A stretch of DNA of 64,000 nucleotides from Octopus vulgaris. Lineage: Eukaryota. The notes below the pieces were generated by a model. The model saw only the letters and a program-made list of their open reading frames with translations. It searched no databases and was not told where the DNA came from. Of this stretch, positions 16,885-30,060 are shown one piece after another; positions within the stretch are counted from its first letter, which is position 1, and each line of letters starts with the position of its first letter. The stretch lies in NCBI GenBank assembly GCA_951406725.2, contig OX597822.1, forward strand, positions 64,604,001-64,668,000. Direction: 5' to 3'. Made by a program: the position numbers and the translations under genes.

Positions 16885-17075
16885 CCTGTTTCTTTATTAC
16901 CCACAAGGGGCTAAACACAGAAGGGACAAACAAGGACAGACATAAGTATTAAGTCGATTACATCGACCCCAGTGCGTAACTGGTACTTAATTTATCGACC
17001 TCCGAAAGGATGAAAGGCAAAGTCAATCTCGGCGGAATTTGAACCCAGAACGTAACGGCAGACGAAATACGGCAG
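16885..17075 (-). mobile_element. SINE family A, single unit
   Basis: Same core motif, reverse orientation. Confidence 0.85.
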
Positions 17076-17243
17076 CGAATAGAAATATCGTGAGTTCTAT
17101 TCAGTCAGACAAGTACTGAATAAAATGCGCCAGGATTTAAATTCGTGCATAATAATTCGTGTTTAAGTTTCGAACGCTATAGATACTCGTATAAGTACAA
17201 TTTTGAGACCCGAAGTATGAGCGTGTTTCTGTGTGTGAGTACA

Positions 17244-17329
<86 letters not shown>

Positions 17330-17581
17330 CACACAAACACACACACACGCACACATGCATTGTGTGTATATATATAGGTTTATCAAAAATATTCTATATT
17401 CTCTATACTTTCGTTATACATTCACCTGTATATACGGATGCGTGTATGTTCAATATATCCATACAAACATATAACATATACAGTATGTATGTATGTATGT
17501 ATGTATGTATGTATGTATGTATGTATGTATGTATGTATGTATGTATGTATGTATGTATGTATGTATTTATATATACGATCG

Positions 17582-17624
<43 letters not shown>

Positions 17625-18305
17625 ATATATATATGTATATATATGTGTGTATATATACATACATACAAACATACATACATATATATATACATACATGTAT
17701 ACATATATACAGACATACGCGCACACATCGTATCTATATATACATTTATATGTACATGTCTGTGTGTCTCAATATGTGAGTGGCTTACTTTAGAGATAAT
17801 ACAATATTATTACAGGTTTTAAATAAAAGGCGAGAAAGTAATAAATATACAGTGTGCTATCATCGATGGGATCTGTTGCTGTAATACTAGCAAGATTATT
17901 GATATCGTGTGATATCGAATTACTGATGGATTAAAAGTTCACCTGATAAAAGTATTTTGTTTTGATTGTTTTTGACTGTTTCCCTTTCGTATTTTTATTA
18001 CACTTGCCCTGAAATAAGTGTTACTGATTGTTTCTACTATTGTGGTTATTTATTCACTGAAGGTCGAGTTGGGGGTCTCATCAAATTCTATTCTTGATAT
18101 GAATACGCGATATGGACACTATATATGTGTATGTATGTATGTATGTATGTATGTATGTATGTATGTATGTGTGTATGTATGTATGTATGTATGTATGTAT
18201 GTATATATATATATGTGTGTGTGTGTGTAGTATGATGTATGTATGTATGTATGTATGTATGTATGTATGTATGTATGTATGTATGTATGTATGTATGTAT
18301 GTGTG

Positions 18306-18342
<37 letters not shown>

Positions 18343-19045
18343 TGGGGAAAAGGAAGCAGTCAGAATTTTGGATAATTCTTCAATAGCGTTTTCGCTCGTT
18401 TTCTCAACTCGTCAAGACAAAATAAAAAATTGATTTTGATCTTGACTTCGATTTTGTCTTGACGAGTTCGATAAACGAACGAAAGTGCCATTAAAGAATG
18501 CCTCCTTTTTCTCAATATGCAATAAACACTCTATACATACATACATACACATACATACATACATACATACATACATACATACATACATACATACATACAT
18601 ACATACTTACGTGCATACATACATACATGCACACATGCACACACATACAACTTATGATATAAGTTGCAAAAGTATATAATGTTTCTACAAAACTTATGTA
18701 ATCATAACGGTTGCTTATAAAACGTGTGTATGTTCTAAAGCCTTGAATACAATACCTGCTTTCTACTACTTCTTTCGTATTCCGCACACTATCCTATCCT
18801 GAAGCCGATGCATCGCGTCGTCCAACACTGGATATTCGACAAGAATTTCTTCAAGGTGGTGCCTTAGCATGGCCACAGTATAAGGACTGAAACTTGCAAA
18901 ATATAAAAGATGAAACATATATATGTATGTATATGTGTGTAACCAAAATGTTAGCTTTAATGGCGCAGGAATTCCGTATTAAGAATATATTTTCTGTCAT
19001 GCAATTTTCTTTTCTAAAACCATCTGAGGCTTTGAGCGCTTAAAG

Positions 19046-19590
19046 CAGTGCCTCCCAACTGGGGTCGATCTGATCCCTGTGGGTCCATATAAGATATTTT
19101 GGGCCCACAAATGCAAAAAAGTAAATTGGGTCAACAGGGGTATTTTATGGGTTCATGAAAAAATTTTGATTTAGATGTATTTATGGCAAGAAACGGTTTT
19201 TGAAGGCGGCGAGCTGCCAGAATGTTAGCTAAGCGGTATTTCGTCTGCCGCTACGTTCTGAGTTCAAATTCCGCCGAGGTCGACTTTGCCTTTCATCCTT
19301 TCGGGGTCGATTAAATAAGTACCAGTTACGCACTGGGGTCGATGTAATCGACTTAATCCGTTTGTCTGTCCCTGTTTGTCCCCTCTATGTTTAGCCCCTT
19401 ATGGGCAATAAAGAAATAAGAAACGGCTACGTTTCTTTCCCTGCCATTTTACACAGTTCCACCTACACAAGTGAATTCAAGAAAACCAAAATAGAAATTT
19501 TGAAAGAAGTGTCTGAAATGGTTACGGGGTCCACCAGAACAAAATAATAATCAAAGCGTTCCACGGGCCAAAAATCGTTGAGAACCACAG
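19046..19590. mobile_element. hAT-Charlie-like non-autonomous DNA transposon interrupted by a SINE A
   Basis: Termini CAGTGCCTCCCAAC and GTTGAGAACCACAG resemble Charlie-type CAGTGGTTCTCAAC TIRs; internal GGGTCC motifs; degenerate 8-bp flanks gcttaaag/gcctagaa. Confidence 0.65.
19203..19417 (+). mobile_element. SINE family A monomer inserted in the hAT MITE
   Basis: Head to aaagaaat tail; aagaaacgg repeated at 19188-19196 and 19418-19426 (possible TSD). Confidence 0.88.
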
Positions 19591-19979
19591 GCCTAGAATA
19601 ATCATTGAGGTCTGGAACCCGAAGATCCTGATTTCTTATTCGATGGCTTCTATTCTGCTTTTCCTCAATCTGAACCGAGCCTCGGCCTCTTTGAATGTCT
19701 GTTTTTATATCTGTTGCGAACTTCAATAATATTTGTCGGTGTCGACTTGGCAACTAGTGCATGAGAAAAATGAGAAAATACACCATGCAACATATGAATT
19801 AAACGAATCGCTCTAAGAATACATATTCAGTGCTGGTCTCAACTTGCTTCCCAGAGAGAACATATGTTTCTGTCAAGTCAACCGAAGGATTGTGATTTCG
19901 ACCTACTTGGCTCCCATTCAACTGCAATGCAGTCATACCTACGCATGATTCATAATACATACGTACGTATATGCATAAA

Positions 19980-20045
<66 letters not shown>

Positions 20046-20066
20046 CACATATATATATAAATATAT

Positions 20067-20110
<44 letters not shown>

Positions 20111-21319
20111 GTATATGTATATGCATATATATGCATATATACGTATATAGCTATGTTCATAGCCATATTCAAATGTAGACATATATATACATATAATGTA
20201 CAAGTAATATTTTTACAATACATATAGATTTGTATATTCATACGTTCACACATGTATATATGTATGTATGCATATGTATGCATGTGTGTATATACATACA
20301 TACGTACATACATACATACATACATACATACATACATACATACATACATACATACATACATACGTATGCATTTATGAATGTCTACATAGAAGTATAGATA
20401 CCTACCGAGATACTTAGGTGAATATATGTGAGAGTGTGTATGTGTGTGTGCGTTTGTGTCTGTGTGCATGCGTGTGTGTATTAGAGGTGTGTATGTGTGT
20501 GTGGGTGTGAGGGCCTTGCACTTGCCTGCATCGTATCCTTATAGTTATAATAATGATGTTATAGAGGTGCATCCATTACACGTGACCATACACACACATC
20601 TATTTTGTTTGCCGCCCGTAACTGTAACTCAAATTTATGTTCATGTATCGTCATCGACCTAACCGCAAGAACATACAGCTGCAAGACTAGACTTTGGGTA
20701 GATATTGTGCCCAGAACACAGAAAACATAATAATGAAACCCATATTACAAATCATACAAACTTGCGTGAAGAACTAAGTCATGTTAGAAATATAACAAAA
20801 TGTGCATGAAAACGAGAACACACCTCGAAAATCAGGATTTTGTGTATGGAGTCGATGTCGAAATAGAGAAGAGAGAAATTAACACTGGAATAAAACGTTG
20901 GAATTAATGTTTGCCCCCATCATTGCTTGACAACAGGTGTTGTTTTTGTTATGTTCCTTTAATTTGGCGGCTTAGTAATTTTTCACCATCATTTTAAATT
21001 TAAATTTAAATTAATACGTTCTCTAACCGGCAAAGGCTACTGCAGTAAATTATTTTCTGCGGTAATTTAGCGCGCCAAAGCGAGGACATTTGAATAGTAA
21101 CCACGAGTGTAATGGGTAGAACTGTTTACAGGTCTGACTTTGTGCAGACGGCCAAGTATACAGTTCTACAAATTATATTCACTTGGACGGTCACACCGAA
21201 GATCTACGGACATTTTACGTAAGTAAAATTACGTAATATGGTAATAGTGAAACATGTATGTGAATAATACATATTTTTATTGCTTTTCTTTTGTCTTGCT
21301 CGATTACGTTTTGGTTGTT

Positions 21320-21415
21320 TGCTGAATTTTTCTTGAGAACAGTTCTTAGTGGTAAGACCATAGCGGATTTACTTCTAGCATACAGGTATCCACATAGTGG
21401 TTTCCCTCTCATATG
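21320..21415. repeat. Single-arm relative of the 55192-55406 palindromic element, next to (TA)n
   Basis: ttttcttgagaaca..ttcttagtggtaagaccatagcggat..cttctagcata shared with 55305-55363. Confidence 0.75.
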
Positions 21416-21419
<4 letters not shown>

Positions 21420-21487
<68 letters not shown>

Positions 21488-21726
21488 CGTGTATGTATGT
21501 GTGTGCATATTCTGTGTGTTTGTGTTTGTCTCCCCAACATCGCTTGACAACCGATGCTAGTGCGTTTTCGGCTTTGTAACTTAGCGGTCCGTCAAAAGAC
21601 ATAATAGAATAAGAACTAGGCTTACAAAGACTAAGTCCTGAGGGTTGATTTGCTCGACTAAAGGCAGTGCTCCAGCATGGCCGCAGTCAAATGACTGACT
21701 CAAATAAAAGAAAAAAGGATAAAAGA
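21420..21726 (+). mobile_element. SINE family B, 3' half
   Basis: caacatcgcttgacaaccgatg..gtgctccagcatggccgcagtcaaatgactga. Confidence 0.85.
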
Positions 21727-22145
21727 ACAATGACAACGAAGTGTATAGAGAGAAGTGAAGACTTTAATGATTCGATCCCGCATCCAAGCGTAAAGAGTTC
21801 ATTTCTTAAATCCAACTTGCCTCTCACGTCGAAATCGAGCATGAAAGAAAGACAAAATAACAATTGGATGAATACATAAAGAACTGTTGTTTAGGACTAA
21901 AACGGCCTCGTTTTAGCTGACCTATAATGATAGATATTCCACACATGACCATCTCATTTATTTGCAGGTATTGTGTGACTGGGTCTACATTGTGCAATGT
22001 ATCTTATTTTAAAAACTGTAGGGTGTGATCTTAAGTAGATTAATAATAGATTAATTGCTGATTCTAATCGGTTGAGCGGGTCCTTGGCAGCTTATCGATC
22101 GAAAGTGACACGATCAGTCGATGGATTGATGTTTCCAATATTGAA

Positions 22146-22398
22146 TCTTTTAATCTTTTACTTGTTCCACTCATTAGACTGCAGCCATACCGGGGCATCG
22201 CTTTGAAGTGTTTTAGTTGAGGAAATCGACCCCGGTACTTATTTTAAAGTCTGATACTTGTAGTATCGTTCTCTTTTCTTTTACCAAGCCGCTAAGTTAC
22301 CGGACATAAACAAACCAACACCGCTTGTCAAGCAGTGATGGGAGACAAACACAAACATAAACACACACACACGACGGGATTTTTTCAGTTTCCGTCTA
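22146..22398 (-). mobile_element. SINE family B, diverged partial copy
   Basis: gccgctaagttac..ttttcagtttccgtctac. Confidence 0.75.
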
Positions 22399-23428
22399 CT
22401 GGAGAGAGATGCAGCGTCCGAAAATTTTTATTGTTTCGAGCCTTCGAGAATGGTTGGAGGAAACAAAGAAGTTTCCATCCAACTTAAAAAGAGGCCCTAA
22501 TATCTGCAACTCAGTAGTGGATCCCGCTAAAATCAACCAAGGACGAAGACGATGATGTTCAAAGAGGGTGACTGACACGAAGAGCACCAAGGTGTCGAGA
22601 CCTATCAGTCTAACAATCCCGCCAGCATATCAATCAGTCATCCTGGATCGGTTTTTTATTTTATCGACCCCAAAGGGGATGAAAGCCAAAGATTGAACTC
22701 GGCGTGATTTGAACTCAGAGAGCAGAGTGCCGGAATAAATATCGCTAAGTATTTTGTCCTACGTTCCAGTGACTCTGCCAATTCACCCATAGATACGACT
22801 CATAACTGTGATAATGGCTGAAATTCAAAGCATTACTAAGAGAATGAATCTCTACATGAGCGTTTAACTATTGGAAATAGCAGCCAAATCTACCTCAAAT
22901 AGTATGCTCAGAAAATCGAGCACACACAGACACGCAAGCATACACGCACGCACACACAGTCATCCATACTATGTATATCTTTATCTTTTACTTGTTTCAG
23001 TTATTAAACTGCACGCATTCTAGGGCACCGCCTGAATTTTAGCCGAACAAATCGATCCTAGTACTTATTTTTAAAACCTGGTACTTATTCTATCGGTACC
23101 TTTTGCCAAACCGCTTGATTAGAGGAAAATAAATACGCCACCACCTGTTATCAAGAGGTAGGAGAGGAAAAATGCAGACACAAAGATACACATTTACGCA
23201 CACACACGCACGTACACGCACACATACACACACAAGGCATTACTCTGGGCGTACAAGAGGGGCACTGGCGCGGCCTACCGGCATGACTAATTCTCGCAGT
23301 GGCGCAGGAAGAGGTCATCACCTGCCACCCAAAGAATTTTGCCGACAAGGCATTAGTTTGGGCGGGAAAGATGAGGGCAAATCATTTATGAAAGTACAGA
23401 TGATAAATCCTCATTATCATCAATGTAT

Positions 23429-23833
23429 AGGTGTCAGAATGACTGTGTGGTAAGTAGCTTACCAGCCACATGGTTCCCGGTCCAGTCCCACTGCGTGGCA
23501 TCTTAGGAAAGTGAATTCTACTATAGCCTCGGGCCGACCAAAGCGTTGTGAGTGGATTTGGTAGACGGAAACTGAAAGAAGCCCGTCGTATATATGTGTG
23601 TGTGTGTGTAAGTGTATGTGTTTGTGTGTCTGTGTTTGTTCCCCCAACATCGCTTGACAACCGATGTTGGTGTGTTTACGTCCCCGTAACTTAGCGGTTC
23701 GGCAAAAGAGACCGATAGTATAAGTACTATGCTTACAAAGAATAAGTCCTGGAGTCGATTTGCTCGACTAAAGGCACTGCTCTAGCATGCTCGCAGTCAA
23801 ATGGCTGAAACAAGTAAAAGAGTAAACAAGAGT
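23429..23833 (+). mobile_element. SINE family B, near full length
   Basis: Head, internal TG run and gtaaaagagtaaac tail. Confidence 0.9.
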
Positions 23834-24187
23834 AATGTCTATAGACATGATGTACTATTATTCACATCAAAGTTCTGAAACAATAGTGAACCATTGGCTA
23901 AAAGTTATATTTTAAACTTCAAACAGAAACGAGTACATATTCATATAATAATCGAACCTAGAACAGCGTGGCTTGTACGTGAACGTTTTTCCTCCACGGT
24001 GTTGCTAGCACCACAATCATTTATGTTCGTAGATGAAGTTAGATTTCAGTTGACGGGTTGCTTAGATTTATCGCCGTGCTCGTTGAAATGGCTTCCTTAT
24101 ATTGATTGATTTTATTTTATTGCCTATTGATAAATTACATCAATATCAATATCAATACCAATATCAATATCATTATATACATACATA

Positions 24188-24226
<39 letters not shown>

Positions 24227-24445
24227 GATACATGCATCTAATTTTTATCCTTTTACACACACATACGCGTACATACATACATACATACACACATACATGC
24301 ATACATACATGCATACGTATATATGTAAATAAATATATATGTATAAATATATCTATCTATATAGATATTTATATGTATTCGTCCGTGCATATATACACGT
24401 ATGTATGTTTGTATGTATGTATATATATATATCTCTATCTCTCTA

Positions 24446-24508
<63 letters not shown>

Positions 24509-24623
24509 ACGTATGTATGTAAATAAAAATATATGTATATATATATATATTATTACCTATCTATATAGATATTTATGTCTTCGTCCGTGCACATATACAC
24601 GTAAGTATGTATGTTTATATGTT

Positions 24624-24655
<32 letters not shown>

Positions 24656-24664
24656 TGTATATCA

Positions 24665-24776
<112 letters not shown>

Positions 24777-24861
24777 TCATGCATAATGAATTCTTTATTA
24801 GCGATGGAAGCAGCATTATTTCAAAATAATACAGAATGCTTTCATATACATACATATACAA

Positions 24862-24912
<51 letters not shown>

Positions 24913-25398
24913 TAAATGCATATATTCATAGAATTCATCCCCTTCATTCAGCGTTGATATCTACGTTGTCATCACGTTAATAACAACCATAGTTTTGTTC
25001 ACAATATAAGAGGTATTAATTCAAATGTCACATCAATAGGAAGATCTTGTTTATCATCTTTACTGTCTTCTCTGTTCTCAAAATCTATCACCATCATCAT
25101 TCAAGCTTTTGATCTCTGTAACATTTAATACTTAATACAAAATATACTACGTTTACCATTTATAACTTCATATTGCTCATATTTTGTCATATATGTACGG
25201 TTTCTTTCATTGTTCGTGAGTAGATCTAAGATCTGTACTAAGTTTCGATAAATAGTACTAAATTATCTATAAAATCTATTATATTTTTATCTGGCGCTTC
25301 TCTCTTTACCTCTCTCTGTCTGTTTGTCTGACTGTCTGTCTGTCTCTGTTACTTTCTCTCTCACTCTTTTTTCTCTCTCTGTCTCTGTCTGTCTGTCC

Positions 25399-25438
<40 letters not shown>

Positions 25439-25474
25439 CTATATATATATATATATGTACACGCACACCTACTC

Positions 25475-25535
<61 letters not shown>

Positions 25536-25727
25536 AACGTGTGTTCATCGGTATTGATAGTACGGAGTTCAGCTACGTTTGTAGTGTGTGTGTGTATTTT
25601 AGTGTGTGTATAAAATTATGCATATGTGAATATATATATATGTATATATATATATGTACATGTATATATGTATATGTATGTATATATATATATATGTATA
25701 TATATACATACACATATATATACATAC

Positions 25728-25759
<32 letters not shown>

Positions 25760-25816
25760 GTACATATATATACACACACACACACATATATATATATGTA
25801 TATATATGTATGTGTG

Positions 25817-25858
<42 letters not shown>

Positions 25859-26262
25859 GATACACACACACATTTACACACACACGCACGCACAAAATAC
25901 ACATATGCATCTATAAATACACATACTAAATAAAGAAACCACAACGACACTGTTTGTATTTATAACGTTCTTTATAGTGAAATAATAAATAATAAATAAT
26001 AATAATAATAATAGCAATATGGTATTTCTAATTATTATTATTATTACCATCGATATTTTCAAATGTTATTCCTGCTATGATCTATCATTACTAACATTAT
26101 TGGTGTACATCGTAGACTTATATAATAACACTCGTGTGTTGTGCTTGAGTGTCTTTACGTTAAGGATTATTGGTGACATAAAGATATGCACCAAAGACAA
26201 AAGCAGTAACGAATAATAAAGTTCTCTCCACGTCGTGTTGTTGCTGCTGCTGCTGGTACTAT

Positions 26263-26331
<69 letters not shown>

Positions 26332-26405
26332 AGCGATAACAATAATCTGTTATAGATATAGATATAAAAATAATAGTAATTGAACGAACAAATTATATAT
26401 TTGTC

Positions 26406-26940
26406 TGTGACCGCGTGTGTATCGTTGAGAGTCTCACTCCTCATCTCTCTCACAGCCGGGTCGACGAACTTCCTTTCGCTGGCGGCCTTCTTCAAGTAAA
26501 CATGTTTCTTCTTGCGCTCGTGTAAAAAAATCTTTTTCCTCGTCTAGGCTTATAGGTCCTCATTATTTGTTTTCCTGTTCTGTTTCTATTCCTTCTTGTA
26601 CTGTATTTTTTGTAATTGTATTTTTATTTTGTATTTGTTTTTAATTGTATTGTTTTTACGTCCTGTTTTTGTCACATTTTTTTCCTTGTATTTACCCCTC
26701 TGCAAAGGAATTTTATTTAATTCTTTCGCAGGAAGGATTAGTTCGACGAGACGTGTTCTGTCCTCACCTTTGAAACACGCTGGAGTTGAACTAGGGACAG
26801 CTGATGAAGGGGATTTTTCCTTGTGTAGTTGTCTTGTACTCTGTTTTTTGTTGTTAAAAAAATTGTCCGTTCCATGCTGTTTTTACTTTTTCGTTTCTCG
26901 TTGAGTTCTACGTCTATTTGTGGTGTCCTGTACACACGTA
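26406..26940 (+). mobile_element. Putative non-autonomous Penelope-like/retrozyme-type insert hosting a permuted hammerhead
   Basis: Non-coding GC-richer island ending in a TA/TG run; long-range stem 26461-26479 with 26728-26749 around a T-rich loop; boundaries approximate. Confidence 0.45.
26752..26812 (+). ncRNA. Candidate non-circularly permuted (pseudoknotted) hammerhead ribozyme
   Basis: GUU site 26755-57; stem I ctgtcct 26758-64/gggacag 26794-800; CUGAUGA 26801-07; stem II ccttt 26767-71/agggg 26808-12; GAAA 26772-75; stem III cgtgt 26752-56/acacg 26775-79. Confidence 0.62.
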
Positions 26941-27103
26941 TATATATTTATATATGCATGTATATATACATGTAGATGTAGGTACGTACATATATGTTTG
27001 TATGTATGCATATATTTTATTTACTACACTATTGTATGACTGAGCGCCCTCGCGTCGATTCGATTCGATTCGTTTCGTTTCGTTTCTTCTTCTTCTCTAA
27101 GCT

Positions 27104-27150
<47 letters not shown>

Positions 27151-27180
27151 GCGAGAATGAAGCAACAAGAATGGATAGGT

Positions 27181-27271
27181 TTTTAGTACAATCGTTTCAT
27201 ACAAGGACAGGTTTTATTAAAAGTTGCAAAAATTACAGCATATAAACGTGTCCCGTACTCATCAGCTAAAA
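27181..27271 (-). ncRNA. Type I hammerhead ribozyme with intact core and minimal stem III
   Basis: Minus strand: ttttag-CUGAUGA-gtacgggaca..tgtccttgtat-GAAA-c gatt g-UA-ctaaaa; 6-bp stem I, ~10-bp stem II, GUA cleavage triplet at 27189-27187. Confidence 0.8.
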
Positions 27272-27572
27272 TACATGTGAGTTCTCTAGACATCCTAGTG
27301 GTTGAGGCTATACTCATGAAGTAATGTAGATAATTAAGTAACATAAACAGATTTCAAAAGTTCATTAAAGTTCTTTAAAGATGATGTACAGTCCTATCAC
27401 AGAATTTTTAAAAAAAGTCTTAATAGCTATTAAGACTTTTTTAAAAATTCTGTGATAGAACTGTACATCATCTTTAAAGAACTTTAATGAACTTTTGAAA
27501 TCTGTTTATGTTACTTAATTATCTACATTACTTCATGAGTATGCCTATAGATGTCTAGAGAACTCACATGTA

Positions 27573-27649
27573 TTTTAGCTGATGATAGCACGTTTATATG
27601 CTTAATTTTTGCAACTTATAAAACTTCTTGTATAAACATTGTACTAAAA
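27573..27649 (+). ncRNA. Damaged mirror copy of the hammerhead in the right arm
   Basis: ttttagCTGATGA and gtactaaaa retained, but the G of GAAA and part of stem II are deleted. Confidence 0.45.
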
Positions 27650-27789
27650 ACCTATCCATTCTTGTTGCTTCATTCTCGCTTATAATCACCCCACATTACT
27701 GTATTGTTAAATCAGTATAGTTTTTTGGTGCATCTAAGTTAGGTACCATATTCAAGTAAATTCATTTAAATTAACTTGAATCTTTATTG

Positions 27790-27846
<57 letters not shown>

Positions 27847-27982
27847 GTGTGTATGTATGCATGTAGATCTGTCTGTCTGTGTATCTATCTATCTATCTAT
27901 CTATCCATCTATCCATCTATTTTGTATATATAACTATCTACGTACACGTCTATATTTTATACAAAAGATATATTAATACACG

Positions 27983-28035
<53 letters not shown>

Positions 28036-28369
28036 CATACATACATACATACATACACACACACATATATATATGTATGTATATAATTATGTATGTGTGT
28101 GTATATATATATACACACACATACATACATACACACATATATATATATGTATGTATATAATTATGTATGTGTGTGTATATATATATATACACACACACAG
28201 AGTATCTCTGAAGAACGTCTGCCTTTGCTCATCGTCTAAGAATATCATCTCCTAGAGTAACAGAGCTCCCTTGTGCATCACCTCCTTGTTTTTATAGAAA
28301 AATCGCTCTACTCTGATTCATGGCAATATATATATTTACCTACATATATATATATATATATATATATGC

Positions 28370-28417
28370 TGGTAAGCAGTATATATATATATATATATAT
28401 ATATATACTGCTTACCA
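28370..28417. repeat. 48-bp perfect palindrome centred on (AT)n
   Basis: tggtaagcagt-(at)13-actgcttacca. Confidence 0.9.
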
Positions 28418-28774
28418 AGCAAATCCTTTCAGAAGAACCGACAGAGCAGCTATTCCAATGTAAACATAAATGAGCTAAGAGTAATAACTCAGCGTGGCCA
28501 GTGTCATATCTTTGAGCAACATAACACAAATACAGGTATATCAAATACCATACAACATAAATTCACGATTAATTAAACCTACTGACTGCTTCTAAAAGAT
28601 GTATCACAATTACCAAATAACAAATAAGATCTGCCAGGTCCACTTCACAAGACAAAATTCTCTAGTTTGGCTGTTCTAACTGCCATTTAATAATTTCTTC
28701 TAAAGAAGGTGATAGTTTAAATAACGAAGGATTTATGTTGTATTATATTTGACATACCTGTATTCGTTTATTTT

Positions 28775-29205
28775 TTTATTCTTTTACACGTTTCAGTCAT
28801 TTGACTGCGGCGATGTTGGAGCACCGCCTTAAAGGGTTTTAGTCAAACAAATCTACCCCAGGACCTATTCTTTGTAAGCTTAGTACTTTGTAAGCCTAAT
28901 ACTCTGTAAGCCTAATACTTCTATTGAACTTTTTGGCCGAACCGCTAAGTTACTCGGATATAAACACACCAACATCACTTGTCAAACGATGATGGTGGTG
29001 GTGGTGGTGGTGGAGGAGGAACAAACGCAGACACAAAGACACTAACATATAAATATTTATACATATACATATATCCGTTGGATTTTTGCCAGTTTCCGTC
29101 AACCAAATCCACTCACAAGGCTTTGGTCGGCTCGAGGCTCTAATAGAAGACACTTGCCCAAAGTGCCACGCAGTGGGATTGAACCCGGAACCATGTGGTT
29201 GGGAA
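28775..29205 (-). mobile_element. SINE family B
   Basis: gtttcagtcatttgactgcgg..aaatccactcacaaggctttggtcgg..gaacccggaaccatgtgg. Confidence 0.85.
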
Positions 29206-29554
29206 TGCAATTCCAGTCTAGTCAGACGCGGCAAAGCATTGTTGGTAAATGATGATACTCTGCCAAAGCGTCGTCAGTATTCTCCACATCTGCTCAACAT
29301 TTCAGGGATAGGTTCTTAGTACGTTTTGAGAAACATTTGCTTTTCTGACTTTCACCCCATCACAACGGCCTGCAGCTTTGAATAACAAAAAAGCAAGCTC
29401 ATGAAGTGTTTTGGTTATACCGTTTTTAGTTCTCTTTATTTTGGTTTTCACCACAGGCGCAGCCATGGTTTTGTGTTTAAAAATCTCGAGCTGCAACCAT
29501 GTGGTCTGGGGGGGGGGGGTGTCAACCCTGCTGCTCAGAAACTTGGACAACTCA

Positions 29555-29638
29555 TGCTATAGACCCGGGGCAACCAGTACCTTGTGAGTGAATTTGGTAG
29601 ATGGAAAGTTCGTCGAAATCCGTCGTATATATGTTTAC

Positions 29639-29686
<48 letters not shown>

Positions 29687-29696
29687 TGTGTGTGTG

Positions 29697-29746
<50 letters not shown>

Positions 29747-29752
29747 TACATG

Positions 29753-29799
<47 letters not shown>

Positions 29800-30060
29800 G
29801 CACACATATATATATATGTGTGTGTATGTTTGTCTGTGCGTGTGTGTATATGTCTCTGTGTACCCCCCATAGTACTGGATTGCCGGCGCTGGTTGTTTTA
29901 GACCTCTGTAGCCTCGTTGTTCAGCAAAGAAAAAAAAAACGAAAGAACAAAACTAGTAGAATTAGAGCCAAACTTAGAAAATAAGTACTGGGTTGATTTA
30001 TTCGATTAAGCGTTTCAATACAATGCTCCAGCATAGCCGCAGTCCAATGACGGAAAGAAT
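29555..30060 (+). mobile_element. SINE family B, diverged, with expanded internal microsatellite
   Basis: ccttgtgagtgaatttggtagatggaaa..gctccagcatagccgcagtccaatgac. Confidence 0.75.

Larger units (their letters stand above)
27151..27791. mobile_element. Fold-back Penelope-like non-autonomous element in (TA)n: spacerless palindrome 27151-27679 plus ~110-bp unique tail
   Basis: Centre taatag|ctatta at 27426/27427; arms 276 and 253 bp; (TA)n on both flanks; hammerhead motif in the arms. Confidence 0.72.
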
